Source: an uncultured delta proteobacterium (GTDB taxonomy: Bacteria > Desulfobacterota > Desulfobacteria > Desulfobacterales > Desulfosalsimonadaceae). From it: a DNA stretch of 64,000 bases. Shown in pieces: positions 1 to 10,338 of this stretch; within the stretch, counting starts at the first letter, position 1; the number at the start of each line of letters is the position of its first letter. Under the pieces are notes generated by a model. It searched no databases and was not told where the DNA came from. It saw only the letters and a list, made by a program, of their open reading frames with translations. A program made the position numbers and the translations under genes. The stretch spans positions 224,001 to 288,000 of the forward strand of contig CAWGYD010000005.1 of the NCBI GenBank assembly GCA_963826785.1. Direction: 5' to 3'.

Positions 1-64
1 AATTCCTGGTGGAGCCGGCCATCCGGTTTCTCTGGGAGCGGATCGGAGCCGCACTCCTCCGGAA

Positions 65-1258
65 TTGAAGGGATCCTTTTTGGAGAAACCCAGCATCTTC
101 TGCATTCACTGGATCCGCACCGCATATCTGTTTCTGCTCCGCTCGGGCAGATCGACGCTGGCCCTTTCCCTGATGGTGGTGGCCGCAGTCGCGAGCCTGA
201 TCTTCCTTTCCGCGTTTGCCGTAGGGGTAAACGACGCCATGATCCGCAATTCCGTGGGACTTTTTTCAGGTGATATCTCCGCAGCCGGCCTTCCTTCCGC
301 AATGACCCCGCAGGACCTGCGGGTGAAGGGGGTCACCCGGGTGCTCAAGCGGGTCATGATTCCCGGAACACTTTCCTATGCAGGCCATTTTGAAACCCTG
401 ACCCTGATCGGCATCCAACCGGCCAGGGAGCGGGAAACCACGGCCTTTCACCGGAAGATCATCCGGGGAACCGGCCTTCGTGCAGATTCCTCCCATATCT
501 TGATCAGCACAGCAGTGGCGGAAAAATTGGGCGTCGATACCGGCGCGGTCATCCGGTTTACGGCAGGCGGCGAAAAACAGACAGTGGAATTGACGGTTTC
601 AGGTATTTACCGCACCGGCATGCCGTTTCTTGATCAGGAAGCGGCCTTGTGCCCGGTCGATGTTCTACCGGTCAACCCCGGGGTGTGGTCGGCCGCCGTA
701 TTTGTAAAAGCCGGGGTCTCCCCCGAATCCATCGTTTCTAAATATCACCGGCTTTTCGGCCGGACCGGATCATTTATCACCTGGAAGCAGATGATGCCGG
801 ACCTGGTGCAGCTGATCCAGCTGAACTTCATCTCCATGAGCATCGTCATGGTTCTGGTTTTCGGGGTGGTGTCCCTCGGGATCGCCTGTGCGTTTGTCGT
901 CTATATTTTCCGGAGCCTGCGGGAGTACGGCATCATGAAGGCCATGGGCGTGACCTCCGGCGAGGTGGCCTTTCTCATCGCCGCCGAGGTGGTGCTGGTC
1001 AACCTGGCGGCCTGCCTGGCGGGAGGGGTGATCGGCGCGGCGGCGGTGGTTATGTTTTCGCATATCGGCATCGACCTGGGGCATTGGACCAGCTACAACC
1101 CGTATTTTGCCGTTTCCGGGGAGATTTTTCCCCGTCTGACCCCGTACTCTCTTGTGGTTCCACCCGCCATGGCAATCATCTTCGGCCTTTTCTCCGCCAT
1201 ATGGCCGGCCCTGCTGGTGGCCCGAAAGCAGGCGGTCGATATCCTGAGAGGGGCGTGA
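65..1258 (+). CDS. ABC transporter permease, FtsX/MacB/LolC-E family
   Basis: N-terminal TM, periplasmic region, three C-terminal TMs and an REYGIMKAMG motif; adjacent to an ATPase; start codon uncertain. Confidence 0.85.
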   Translation: MKGSFLEKPSIFCIHWIRTAYLFLLRSGRSTLALSLMVVAAVASLIFLSAFAVGVNDAMIRNSVGLFSGDISAAGLPSAMTPQDLRVKGVTRVLKRVMIPGTLSYAGHFETLTLIGIQPARERETTAFHRKIIRGTGLRADSSHILISTAVAEKLGVDTGAVIRFTAGGEKQTVELTVSGIYRTGMPFLDQEAALCPVDVLPVNPGVWSAAVFVKAGVSPESIVSKYHRLFGRTGSFITWKQMMPDLVQLIQLNFISMSIVMVLVFGVVSLGIACAFVVYIFRSLREYGIMKAMGVTSGEVAFLIAAEVVLVNLAACLAGGVIGAAAVVMFSHIGIDLGHWTSYNPYFAVSGEIFPRLTPYSLVVPPAMAIIFGLFSAIWPALLVARKQAVDILRGA

Positions 1259-1262
1259 AGAG

Positions 1263-1952
1263 ATGATCCAGGTACAACATTTGACCCAAACGTTTGCCTC
1301 GGGCCGGGGCCGGCTGCAGGCCCTTTCGGATATCTCTTTTTCAATGAAACCGGGCAGCGCCGCCGCCATCATCGGCAAATCCGGATCCGGAAAGACTACG
1401 CTGCTCAACTGCATCGGCGGGCTCCTGCGCCCGGAGCAGGGGAGGGTGACCTGCTTTGGAATCCCGATCCATGAACTGGGGGGAAAAGCGCTGAGCCTGT
1501 TCCAACGAAAGCGCCTGGGGTTTATTTTCCAGCATGGAAACCTTTTGTCCTATTACACGGTGGCCGACAACATGGCCCTTCCGCTGATCCTGAACGGGGT
1601 GGGTAAAAGGAAGCGCGAACACCGGGTGGCCTACCTTCTGGAGCGGATCGGCCTTCCCGGCGTCAACAATGCCCTGCCCGGCGAACTCTCGGGCGGGGAG
1701 GCCCAGCGCGTGGCTGCCGCCAGGGCCATCGCCCATTCCCCGCAGCTCATCCTGGCAGACGAACCCACCGCCAGTCTCGATTCCGAAACCGGCAAAGACC
1801 TGGCTGCCCTTCTGTTTGAAATGGTAAAAGCCGAAAAAAGCACCTTGATCCTTTCCACCCATGACCCTGAACTCCTCCATGCAGCCGACCCGGTATTCAC
1901 CATCCGGGACGGAAGAATCGCCGGGGGAGAAATGAACAACGGAGGGCTTTGA
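1263..1952 (+). CDS. ABC transporter ATP-binding protein (LolD/MacB-like)
   Basis: Walker A GKSGSGKT, signature LSGGE, Walker B ILADEPT. Confidence 0.92.
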   Translation: MIQVQHLTQTFASGRGRLQALSDISFSMKPGSAAAIIGKSGSGKTTLLNCIGGLLRPEQGRVTCFGIPIHELGGKALSLFQRKRLGFIFQHGNLLSYYTVADNMALPLILNGVGKRKREHRVAYLLERIGLPGVNNALPGELSGGEAQRVAAARAIAHSPQLILADEPTASLDSETGKDLAALLFEMVKAEKSTLILSTHDPELLHAADPVFTIRDGRIAGGEMNNGGL

Positions 1953-1955
1953 TCG

Positions 1956-2204
1956 ATGAAAACCGCAAAACGGCTATTCCTGATATTTCTTGCCGTCATT
2001 TCATTTTCCGGCTGCGCCTACCGGTACTACCTGGGAATGCACGGCCCGTCCATCCGGGAGTTTCCCGACATTCACAAAGGATACACCGAAGACTCCCAGT
2101 GCCTGGCCTGCCACGGGCCGGGCAGCGATTCCACCGCCACTCCCACCACCCATCCCGGATTTACCGGCTGCCTGAAGTGTCACAATGACAAGGAAAGTCA
2201 GTAA
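1956..2204 (+). CDS. small diheme cytochrome c lipoprotein
   Basis: Signal peptide with lipobox-like FSGC; two CxxCH motifs (CLACH, CLKCH). Confidence 0.75.
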   Translation: MKTAKRLFLIFLAVISFSGCAYRYYLGMHGPSIREFPDIHKGYTEDSQCLACHGPGSDSTATPTTHPGFTGCLKCHNDKESQ

Positions 2205-2320
2205 CGGGTTTTTACCAGATAAATGGGTTCGATTTCCGGAGACAAATGCCTGCGGATGGGAGCCAGCGAAGTTTCAGCACAGGCGCACTGGCCGTGTCGA
2301 CTCTGTGGCTGTTCGCAGCA

Positions 2321-2782
2321 TCATCTTCCCATGCGCAGTTCCACAACGTTTTGAAACCGGCTGACAACGTAGTAGCAGGAGACGTTTAAGCGCATCAGCT
2401 GCGTGGACGGAGATGTTGCGAAATCGGATAGATGGGGATGTTTTTCAAGGAAAATATTTCGCAGCGCGATCAATTCATCGTCCGAAGCCACATCCACCGC
2501 TCCCGTGGCGGTGACCGCCAGGGCCTTAGCAAAATCAGAGGGTGCATTCGACCGGTTGTCGATCATCATCGCCGCCCGCGGGTCGGATTTCAGGTTCGCG
2601 TATTTTCGCGTGGCGGTTCCGGTTGCGAAAAAAATCGCCTTCAGATCCCCTGAGCAGGCAAATGCCATCAGGCTGGTATACGGCTGCCCGTGATCATGGG
2701 TCGCCAGAACAGCCAGACCCTGTGAGGCCATCAGGTCAGTCAGTGCACGCCACAATTCTTCTGTCGGATGTTCTTCATTCAT
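2321..2782 (-). CDS. pyridoxamine 5'-phosphate oxidase-like FMN-binding split-barrel protein
   Basis: LAVLAT..GQPYTSLMAF and TRKYANL motifs. Confidence 0.8.
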   Translation of the reverse strand: MNEEHPTEELWRALTDLMASQGLAVLATHDHGQPYTSLMAFACSGDLKAIFFATGTATRKYANLKSDPRAAMMIDNRSNAPSDFAKALAVTATGAVDVASDDELIALRNIFLEKHPHLSDFATSPSTQLMRLNVSCYYVVSRFQNVVELRMGR

Positions 2783-2790
2783 CGGGTTTA

Positions 2791-3357
2791 TTAATTCCTC
2801 AGTAAACGTGAAAATAAATGCAATATCCCCATTCCGCCATGCCCGACGACATATGCTTCAATCAACCCCGTCAATGTTTCATGGATTTCCTTTACGGACT
2901 CGGCCCAGGGTGCCATGAAACGCCAGGAAATAAACCAGGAGAATCCCGATAAAACAACCAGGGTCAATGCCCCAAGGCCCAGCCCCTGCACAATGGCCGC
3001 CATTCCATATGGACTTGCATCCGGCAGCTGGAATCGCTTCAGCTGCAAAAGATCCTTTTTCAATTGGGCGAAATTGCCATAGAAGTACGGGAAAAAATGT
3101 TTAAACCCATGATTTTTCATTTCGATAAAGATGAAAATAAAGGTAATCGGCAGCAGGGACAATCCGGTGCCGATGTGTATCCATGTTCCATAATATTCGG
3201 CGGCCTTTCGGCTGACCTCACCGTTATTCGCAAATCCCATGAAGTTGCTGACGATAATCTGGCTCAAGACCAAAAACAGAATGGCAATATGAAGAAATCG
3301 AACCGCCGGCGGCTGCTGTTCGCGCAAATAATCGGATACGACATGTATGACGCGCAT
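2791..3357 (-). CDS. cytochrome b / b561-like membrane protein
   Basis: Four TM segments with His residues (RFLH, WIH, EIH, GH); ATG at 3357 has an RBS; the longer ORF runs into a repeat. Confidence 0.7.
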   Translation of the reverse strand: MRVIHVVSDYLREQQPPAVRFLHIAILFLVLSQIIVSNFMGFANNGEVSRKAAEYYGTWIHIGTGLSLLPITFIFIFIEMKNHGFKHFFPYFYGNFAQLKKDLLQLKRFQLPDASPYGMAAIVQGLGLGALTLVVLSGFSWFISWRFMAPWAESVKEIHETLTGLIEAYVVGHGGMGILHLFSRLLRN

Positions 3358-3378
3358 TTTATCACCTTTCATTTGTTT

Positions 3379-3511
3379 TGATGCATTCGTAAAAAGTCGG
3401 GAATTTCCGCACCCGTCATTCCGGCGCAGGCCGGAAACCAGTTTTTTCAATCTGTCCTGGACCCCGGCCTGCGCCGGGGTGACGAACTTTGGACTCTTTA
3501 CGGTTTCATCA
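3379..3511. repeat. miniature inverted-repeat element family A, copy 1 (contains a CGTC-type REP doublet)
   Basis: Ends TGATG..CGTAAAAAGTC / GACTCTTTACG..CATCA; internal CGTCATTCCGGCgcagGCCGGAA and CCCCGGCctgcGCCGGGGTGACG. Confidence 0.85.
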
Positions 3512-3563
3512 TTTGTTAATGCATCCGTTATTCCATTGCTTTTGCCGCATGCCTTCCTTTGAA

Positions 3564-4847
3564 TCAGGAAAACGTCTCCTTTGGCGGGTTGTAATAGCCC
3601 AGCCGCAGAAACTGGTATTTTTTTTTAAGTTCACGGATCAGGGCGGGAATGCCCATGGCAGGGGATGGCGTGTAGCCGATGGCACTAAAGTAAAGATCCG
3701 GATCGATATTCAAATTGCGGGTCTGGATCATGTTTACCGGCATGGTGTCCAGAAAGCGGTACAGGGCCTGGACCTCTGTTTCCATGTCCGTGAACCCGGG
3801 CATGAAGAACAGGTTGATGGAAACGAAAATGCCGGCCGAAAGAGACACCTCGATGGCGGACAGGACGTCTTCGAAGCGATAGTTCACCGGATGGTGATAG
3901 GCCAGGTAATACTCCCGGGTGGGGGAGTTCATGCTGATACGGATGGAATCGAGCCCCGCTTCGATGAGCTTTCGCGCCATTTCCGGGTTCGACCCGTTGG
4001 TGTTGAGATTGATCGTTCCCCTGTCCGTTTCCTGCCGCACCATTCTGATGGCGCGCACCAGGTCCTCCCCCCGCAGCAGGGGCTCCCCTTCGCACCCCTG
4101 GCCGAAGCTGGCCACCGGCGTTTTCACCTTTTTAAAATGATGAATGATCACGTCGGCGATCTCTTCGGGGGTGGGCTTGAAATCAAGCCTGTGCTGGGGT
4201 TCGGTGAATCCGGACCGGTCGTCCTGGTGGGAGAGGCACCCGATGCATCCGGCATTGCAGGCCGGGGAAGTGGGAATGGGGGCTTCGTAGCGTTCCAGAA
4301 AGAAGTTGCGGGCGCACAGGCAGTCGTATTGGGTGGAGCATTTCGCCAGCTGCCGGATCAGCCGGTTTTTGGGATATTTCGCCTTTTTCCGGCGGATGGC
4401 TCTTAAAAGGGCGTCATAATCCTGGTGAATCTGCGGATCCGACCGGGGGTCTTCGTCGATGCGGATGGCCGGCACGTAAAAATCTTCGTCCATGAACACC
4501 ACCCCGGAATAGGCCCACAGGGGAAGCACCGGCGCATCCGGGGTTTTGTGACTCGCCGGAAGATAGGTCCGCAGATATCCCGAAGACAGAAAGGCCGAGA
4601 CCGCCCACGCGGGGCCGCCTTCTGGCGTTTTTCGCATGATTTTGTTTTTGCGGGTTAGCCGGTCATAATAGACCGGGTGCCGGCCGGGCAGGTAATAGAG
4701 ATAGCTGCCGAAGGGAAGCTTGATCAGATCATGCCGGTCCACCCGCACCCATTGACTGCCGGTGCGGAAAAGGGGTTCCCGGTCCGGATAGTCATAGACC
4801 TGCTCCTTCTGGTCGGCATATACAAGATCCACGGGACGGTGCTTCAT
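3564..4847 (-). CDS. radical SAM protein, function unknown
   Basis: CNAGCIGC motif and FGQGCEGEP; ATG at 4847 overlaps the upstream stop. Confidence 0.85.
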   Translation of the reverse strand: MKHRPVDLVYADQKEQVYDYPDREPLFRTGSQWVRVDRHDLIKLPFGSYLYYLPGRHPVYYDRLTRKNKIMRKTPEGGPAWAVSAFLSSGYLRTYLPASHKTPDAPVLPLWAYSGVVFMDEDFYVPAIRIDEDPRSDPQIHQDYDALLRAIRRKKAKYPKNRLIRQLAKCSTQYDCLCARNFFLERYEAPIPTSPACNAGCIGCLSHQDDRSGFTEPQHRLDFKPTPEEIADVIIHHFKKVKTPVASFGQGCEGEPLLRGEDLVRAIRMVRQETDRGTINLNTNGSNPEMARKLIEAGLDSIRISMNSPTREYYLAYHHPVNYRFEDVLSAIEVSLSAGIFVSINLFFMPGFTDMETEVQALYRFLDTMPVNMIQTRNLNIDPDLYFSAIGYTPSPAMGIPALIRELKKKYQFLRLGYYNPPKETFS

Positions 4848-6340
4848 GAGCCGGTATTTCCCTTCCCCGGTTTTCGATGGGACTGCGACCAGAGATACAG
4901 GGCAATGGCCGTGGCCGCAGATGCGTTTAACGATTCCACGGCTTCTGCAATGGGAATGGAAATGGCTTTTGGCCGCAGGTGAGCCGGCAGACCGGGGCCT
5001 TCCAGTCCCGGGAGGAAGGCAAAGGTATCCGGAAAATCGATCCTGGAGATATCTTCTCCTTCCCCGGACAGGGGGAGAATGGCCAGACTTTCGGGCAGTT
5101 CCGAAATCGAAGGGCCCTGGTACAGGTCTGCGTGAAACAGGTTGCCGCCGGAGGCCCGGATGGTCTTGGGGTGATACGGATGGGCGGATTCGGCCAGCAG
5201 GATCACCTGGTCCACCCCGAAAGCAACGGCCGACCGGATCACGGTGCCCACGTTTTCCGGGTCCTGGAAGGGGACCAGCAGGCTGCACCCGGGGAGCAGT
5301 CCTTTTTCGCACTGCCAGGGTTTGATGGGCGGGGTGCGCACCAGAAGCAGCGGGGCGCCGGTATCGAACGTATCGAGGGCCTTGAACAGGCCCGGGGCCA
5401 GGGCATACCATTTAAGGTGCCCGGGGGCGCCTTCCGGCGGCATCTGGCGGGTGTCCGGCGAAATCCAGGCATCGCAGAGATCCGGAAACCGGATCAGGAT
5501 TTCATGAATCGGCTTGGTGCCGGCAACGATGGCCATTTGATGCTTCTTGATGCCCCGGCCCGTAAGCAGCTTCTTTAAGGTCTTGAAGATAGGGTTCTGT
5601 TCGCTTTCGATTTCGTGAAAGGTGTACTTTTTCATGGCAGAAGATTTTTTCTCCGCGCCCGAGGGCACCAGGCGCTTGAATACCACCAGCCGGCGGTCGT
5701 GGGAAGTGTGCGGGATCCGGTAGGCAATGTCTTTTTCCAGTAAAAATTGTCCGGAAAACCGGTTTGCGGCATCCGCGATTTCATCCTCGCAGTGGGGCCC
5801 CTTCATGAAGATCACCTGTCCGCCTTCGGACACGCAGCCGGAGACCCGCTGGAGGGTATCGGGGATCTGTTCCACCGCCCGGGTGATCACGCCGGCAACG
5901 GGGGTTTCGAATCTTTCGGTGATGCTGTGGGCAATCACCCGGGTTTCTTTCAGGTTCAGCTGCTGAACCGCCAGGTTCAAGAAATCCGCCCGGTTCTTCC
6001 GGGTTTCGGCAAGAATCACATTCAGGTGCGGAAAGGCGATTTTCAAGGGAATGCCCGGCATGCCGGGGCCCGTCCCCAGGTCGAGCAGGGGGGAGGGAAG
6101 ATCGATCAGCTGCCCGGGCAGGATGGAGTCCACATAGAGTTTGAGCACCATGTTGGTAAAATTGTGAATCCGGGTGAGGTTCAGTTCGGGATTGAACCGG
6201 CGCAGTAATCTGTGATAGGACAACAGAAGGGCCATCTGGTCTTCTGAAAATTCGATCCCGGAGCGCTTCAGGAGTGACGACATCTCCTGCAGCCGCCCCG
6301 GGTCGGCATGGTCAGGTCGGTTGTTCATTTTTGCGTTCAT
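4844..6340 (-). CDS. rsmG: 16S rRNA m7G527 methyltransferase RsmG fused to a TrmH/SpoU methyltransferase
   Basis: N-half NLTRI and LDLGTGPGMPG; C-half QDPENVGTVIRSA and VESLNAS. Confidence 0.85.
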   Translation of the reverse strand: MNAKMNNRPDHADPGRLQEMSSLLKRSGIEFSEDQMALLLSYHRLLRRFNPELNLTRIHNFTNMVLKLYVDSILPGQLIDLPSPLLDLGTGPGMPGIPLKIAFPHLNVILAETRKNRADFLNLAVQQLNLKETRVIAHSITERFETPVAGVITRAVEQIPDTLQRVSGCVSEGGQVIFMKGPHCEDEIADAANRFSGQFLLEKDIAYRIPHTSHDRRLVVFKRLVPSGAEKKSSAMKKYTFHEIESEQNPIFKTLKKLLTGRGIKKHQMAIVAGTKPIHEILIRFPDLCDAWISPDTRQMPPEGAPGHLKWYALAPGLFKALDTFDTGAPLLLVRTPPIKPWQCEKGLLPGCSLLVPFQDPENVGTVIRSAVAFGVDQVILLAESAHPYHPKTIRASGGNLFHADLYQGPSISELPESLAILPLSGEGEDISRIDFPDTFAFLPGLEGPGLPAHLRPKAISIPIAEAVESLNASAATAIALYLWSQSHRKPGKGNTGS

Positions 6341-6391
6341 TGGCCGGTGCTTTATTTCTTGCTGTCAGCTGATCGTTTGGGACAATTTCTG

Positions 6392-7153
6392 GTGAATGGT
6401 TTAATCGATTCCCGCCCGTTTTTCTTTGTTCCCCGGTGGCCGGTGTTTCATGAGGACAACCACCTGCTGGTCCTATATAAACCAGCGGGCCTGTTAATTC
6501 AAGGAGATCATACCAGCGACCCCTCCCTGCTGGATCTGGCCCGGGACTGGATAAAGGAGCGCTACCGGAAACCGGGCCGGGTTTTTATGGGCATGGTGCA
6601 CCGCCTGGATCGCCCGGTGGCCGGCATTATCCTGTTTTGCCGCACCTCAAAAGCCGCCGCACGGATGAGCGAGCAATTCCGGCAGGGGACGATCAAAAAG
6701 ACCTATATGGCGGTGGTGGAAGGGCATCTGCCCGCGCCTTCCGGCCGCCTGGTCGATCATCTGCATCGCCAGGGCCGCTCCAGCATTGTCGCTGCCGCCC
6801 CGGACGATCGCAGCAGGGAAGCCTCGCTCTGCTACCGGGTCTTGGCAAGCGAAGGGGAGCGCAGCCTGGTGGAAATCGACCTGGAATCGGGCCGCCATCA
6901 CCAGATCCGGGTTCAGCTGGCCCATGCGGGGGCGGTCATCCTGGGAGATCTGCGCTACGGCGCCAGAGAGCCGATGCCCCAGCGTCAGATTGCCCTGTTT
7001 GCCAGGCGGCTGTCTTTTGTTCACCCCACTCTGAAACTGCCCTTTGAATATGAATGTCCATACCCGGCGGGATGGCCCTGGCCGTGTCATCTCGATGGTC
7101 CCGATGCCCCCCCCTGGAACTGGGAAGATCTGCGATGCCTCCTTCCAAAATAA
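6392..7153 (+). CDS. RluA-family pseudouridine synthase
   Basis: KPAG, HRLD and GRHHQIRVQL motifs; start uncertain (ORF open from 6308). Confidence 0.88.
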   Translation: MNGLIDSRPFFFVPRWPVFHEDNHLLVLYKPAGLLIQGDHTSDPSLLDLARDWIKERYRKPGRVFMGMVHRLDRPVAGIILFCRTSKAAARMSEQFRQGTIKKTYMAVVEGHLPAPSGRLVDHLHRQGRSSIVAAAPDDRSREASLCYRVLASEGERSLVEIDLESGRHHQIRVQLAHAGAVILGDLRYGAREPMPQRQIALFARRLSFVHPTLKLPFEYECPYPAGWPWPCHLDGPDAPPWNWEDLRCLLPK

Positions 7154-7489
7154 TTGCCGGCCACCATCGTCGATCCCAAGTCCCCGTCGATTTACAGGTC
7201 ATAATATAATCATTTGAATTAATATCTAAATTTTTTTGGAAGCGGCCGACCGGCGAGCCAAAATCCAGCGCTGTTTTTCCATGAAAATTTATTTTTTTCG
7301 GCCCTCACTATTTCCTTGACACATTGTGGTTTTGAGATCACATTCCGACGAAAAAGGGCCGGCTTTTTGCCGGTTCCGAGCACGACAGGACCCGTCTGGA
7401 AAACACGGGCAACGCCTGGAAGCGGGCGACGTTTTTCAGATGGATTTTTCACTCGGTTAACGCAGCCATTTATGAATGGGAGACACACG

Positions 7490-8818
7490 ATGCAACAACC
7501 CCTGATTGCCCATCACGACGCAGCAAGCATCATCGAACAGGATGAAGAGGTTGAACCTCCAAGTCCCGTGCCGCTTTCCGCCAATCGCCGGGAAGCCCTT
7601 CTGCTCACCCCCGCCTCCTCCGTTATCCCCCTGCGCCGGAGTTACCGCCGGAAAACACTGAAGACTTTAAATAAAACGCAGATATTTCGTAAACAGTTCT
7701 ATCCCCATATACTCAACAAAGACTGGAACAGCTGGCAGTGGCAGGTCAGAAACCGGATCTGCTCCCAGGCCCAGATCACCCGCTTTCTGAGCCTGACTTC
7801 AGATGAGGAAAGCGCCTTTTCATACCTGAAAACCAAATTGCCGCTGGGCATCACCCCCTATTACATGAGCCTGATGCAGCGGGAAGGATCGGATTATCCG
7901 CTGCGCAAGACGGTGGTGCCCACGGTGCACGAGTTTTTCAAACTCCCCGGAGAGCAAAACGATCCCCTGGGCGAAGAGCACCAGAGCCCGGTACCCGGAC
8001 TGGTGCACCGGTACCCGGACCGGGTGCTGCTGCTGATCAGTGACTTCTGCGCCGCCTACTGCCGTTACTGCACCCGTTCGCGCATGGTGGGGCGCGGGAT
8101 CATCCACCCGGGTGAAAACCGCCTGGAGCGGGCCTTCGAATACATCCGCCAGACGCCCGCCATCCGGGACGTGCTCCTGTCCGGCGGAGACCCGCTGACC
8201 CTTTCGGACAAGAAGCTGGACTGGATTCTGTCCAAAATCCGGGAAATCGAGCATGTGGAAATCATCCGGATCGGGACCAAAACCCCGGCGGTGCTTCCAC
8301 AGCGGATCACTCCCCAGCTGGTGAAGATCCTCAAAAAATATCACCCGCTGCTGATGAGCATTCATTTCACCCACCCGGACGAATGCACGCCGGAATCCGC
8401 CGCCGCCTGCGCCATGCTGGCGGATGCGGGAATTCCCCTGGGGTCCCAGACCGTTCTGTTAAAAGGGGTGAATGACCAGGTCGATACCATGAAAAGCCTG
8501 GTTCACAACCTGCTCAAGATGCGGGTCCGGCCCTATTACCTCTACCAGTGCGACCCGGTCACCGGCACCAGCCATTTCCGGACGCCGGTGGAAACGGGTG
8601 TGGAAATCATCCGCGGACTGCGGGGGCATACCTCCGGATACGCCATTCCCACCTATGTGATCGATGCCCCGGGGGGCGGCGGCAAGATTCCGGTCATGCC
8701 CGATTACGTAGTGGATCGCACCGAAACGGAAGTGATTCTCACCAATTTTGAGAACCGGATATTTCATTATCCGACCACTACCGTGGAAACGGGCGAGGTT
8801 TGTCCCGGAGGCAACTAA
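7490..8818 (+). CDS. KamA-family radical SAM/PLP aminomutase (lysine 2,3-aminomutase-like)
   Basis: HRYPDRVL, CAAYCRYCTR, LSGGDPL and PGGGGKIP (PLP lysine); RBS GGGAG upstream. Confidence 0.9.
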   Translation: MQQPLIAHHDAASIIEQDEEVEPPSPVPLSANRREALLLTPASSVIPLRRSYRRKTLKTLNKTQIFRKQFYPHILNKDWNSWQWQVRNRICSQAQITRFLSLTSDEESAFSYLKTKLPLGITPYYMSLMQREGSDYPLRKTVVPTVHEFFKLPGEQNDPLGEEHQSPVPGLVHRYPDRVLLLISDFCAAYCRYCTRSRMVGRGIIHPGENRLERAFEYIRQTPAIRDVLLSGGDPLTLSDKKLDWILSKIREIEHVEIIRIGTKTPAVLPQRITPQLVKILKKYHPLLMSIHFTHPDECTPESAAACAMLADAGIPLGSQTVLLKGVNDQVDTMKSLVHNLLKMRVRPYYLYQCDPVTGTSHFRTPVETGVEIIRGLRGHTSGYAIPTYVIDAPGGGGKIPVMPDYVVDRTETEVILTNFENRIFHYPTTTVETGEVCPGGN

Positions 8819-9316
8819 ATGGAAACCCATATCTGCCTGTGCGCCCTGTGCGCCGGGCGCGGTCTGACCTGCTGCCAGGGGGCGGACCGGGATATTTTCG
8901 TCACCGCCGGTGATGTCCGCCGGATCAGCGGCATCACCGGCCATCTTGATTTCTTCGAATTCCGGCGACCGGTGAATACCGCCTACTGCGGGGATGATGC
9001 AGACCCGGTCTGGTCGCTCAAAGTATTTCGGCCGGACGGGACCCGCCGGGTGCTGAAAAAAAACCCTTCCGGCGACTGCATTTTTCTGACCCCAAACGGC
9101 TGTGTGCTGCCCCTGCATTTGCGGCCCCTGATCTGCCGGCTTCACCCGGTGGACTATACAGCGGAGAAAATCCTGCCGGAATTGGCGCCGGGATGCCCGG
9201 TGGACCTTCTGGAACCCGGCGCCAATCTATTGCAGTCCATTGGAATCGACCCGCAGGAAGTGATCGGATGGCACCGGGCCCTCTATGCGGAAATCACATC
9301 GGAAAATACATTATGA
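8819..9316 (+). CDS. YkgJ-family cysteine-cluster protein
   Basis: CALC..TCC, CIFL..GC and RPLICRLHP motifs. Confidence 0.8.
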   Translation: METHICLCALCAGRGLTCCQGADRDIFVTAGDVRRISGITGHLDFFEFRRPVNTAYCGDDADPVWSLKVFRPDGTRRVLKKNPSGDCIFLTPNGCVLPLHLRPLICRLHPVDYTAEKILPELAPGCPVDLLEPGANLLQSIGIDPQEVIGWHRALYAEITSENTL

Positions 9317-10338
9317 AAATCGGACTCACCTATGACCTGCGGTCGGAATACCTGGCCATGGGGTACAGCGAAGAAGAAACCGCGGAATTCGACCGGGACG
9401 ACACCGTTTCCGCCATTGAAGAGGCCCTGCAGCAGCTGGGCCACGACACCGACCGGATCGGACATGCCCGGCGGCTCACCGAACGGCTGGTGCACGGGGA
9501 CCGCTGGGACCTGGTGTTCAACTTCGCAGAAGGGCTTTCCGGCCTTTCCCGGGAATCCCAGGTGCCGGCCATCCTGGATCTGTATGAAATCCCCTATACC
9601 TTTTCGGACCCCCTGGTCATGGGGCTTACCCTCCACAAGGGAATGACCAAGCAGCTGGTCCGCCAGGGCGGGTTCGCCACCCCGGACTTTGCCGTCATCG
9701 AGTGCATGGAAGACCTGGAGAAGGTGGGCTTTGATCCCCCGTATTTTGCCAAACCGGTGGCCGAAGGGACCGGGAAAGGGATCACCGCTCAATCCGTCAT
9801 TTCAGGTCCGGATCAGCTCCGGCATGTCTGCGCTCAGCTGCTCCGGCAGTTTGACCAGCCGGTGCTGGTGGAGCGGTTCCTGGACGGCAGGGAGTTCACG
9901 GTGGGGCTGGTGGGCACCGGCAGGGATGCGCGGGTGCTGGGGACGATGGAGGTCATCCTGCTGGAAAACGCGGAAAAGCAGGTCTACTCCTATGTGAACA
10001 AGGAAAAATGCGAGGAGCTGGTGAAATATCGCCTGGTCAGGCCCGACGGGGACATTTCCGTGGCCGAGACCGAACGCCTGGCCCTGGGCACCTGGCGCCA
10101 CCTGGGGTGCCGGGATGCCGGACGGGTGGATATCCGGTGCGACAGCGCGGGAAAACCGTTCTTCCTGGAAGTCAATCCCCTGGCCGGCCTGCATCCGGAG
10201 CACTCGGACCTGCCGATCCTGTGCAGCCACCTGAAATTTTCCTTTGTCCGGCTGATCGAAGCGATCGTGGCATCGGCTTGTCAACGTATCCGGACAACCG
10301 CTCTGCCTGCCGCAGGATCAAAATGCGCATCGTTATAG
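9313..10338 (+). CDS. D-Ala-D-Ala ligase-like ATP-grasp enzyme 1
   Basis: KPVAEGTGKG, GREFTV, GRVDIR and LEVNPLAG; ATGA overlap with upstream gene. Confidence 0.88.
   Translation: MKIGLTYDLRSEYLAMGYSEEETAEFDRDDTVSAIEEALQQLGHDTDRIGHARRLTERLVHGDRWDLVFNFAEGLSGLSRESQVPAILDLYEIPYTFSDPLVMGLTLHKGMTKQLVRQGGFATPDFAVIECMEDLEKVGFDPPYFAKPVAEGTGKGITAQSVISGPDQLRHVCAQLLRQFDQPVLVERFLDGREFTVGLVGTGRDARVLGTMEVILLENAEKQVYSYVNKEKCEELVKYRLVRPDGDISVAETERLALGTWRHLGCRDAGRVDIRCDSAGKPFFLEVNPLAGLHPEHSDLPILCSHLKFSFVRLIEAIVASACQRIRTTALPAAGSKCASL

Noticed and set aside
4848..5411. N-terminal extension of the radical SAM ORF
   Set aside because: Overlaps the RsmG-TrmH gene in another frame; ATG at 4847 fits translational coupling
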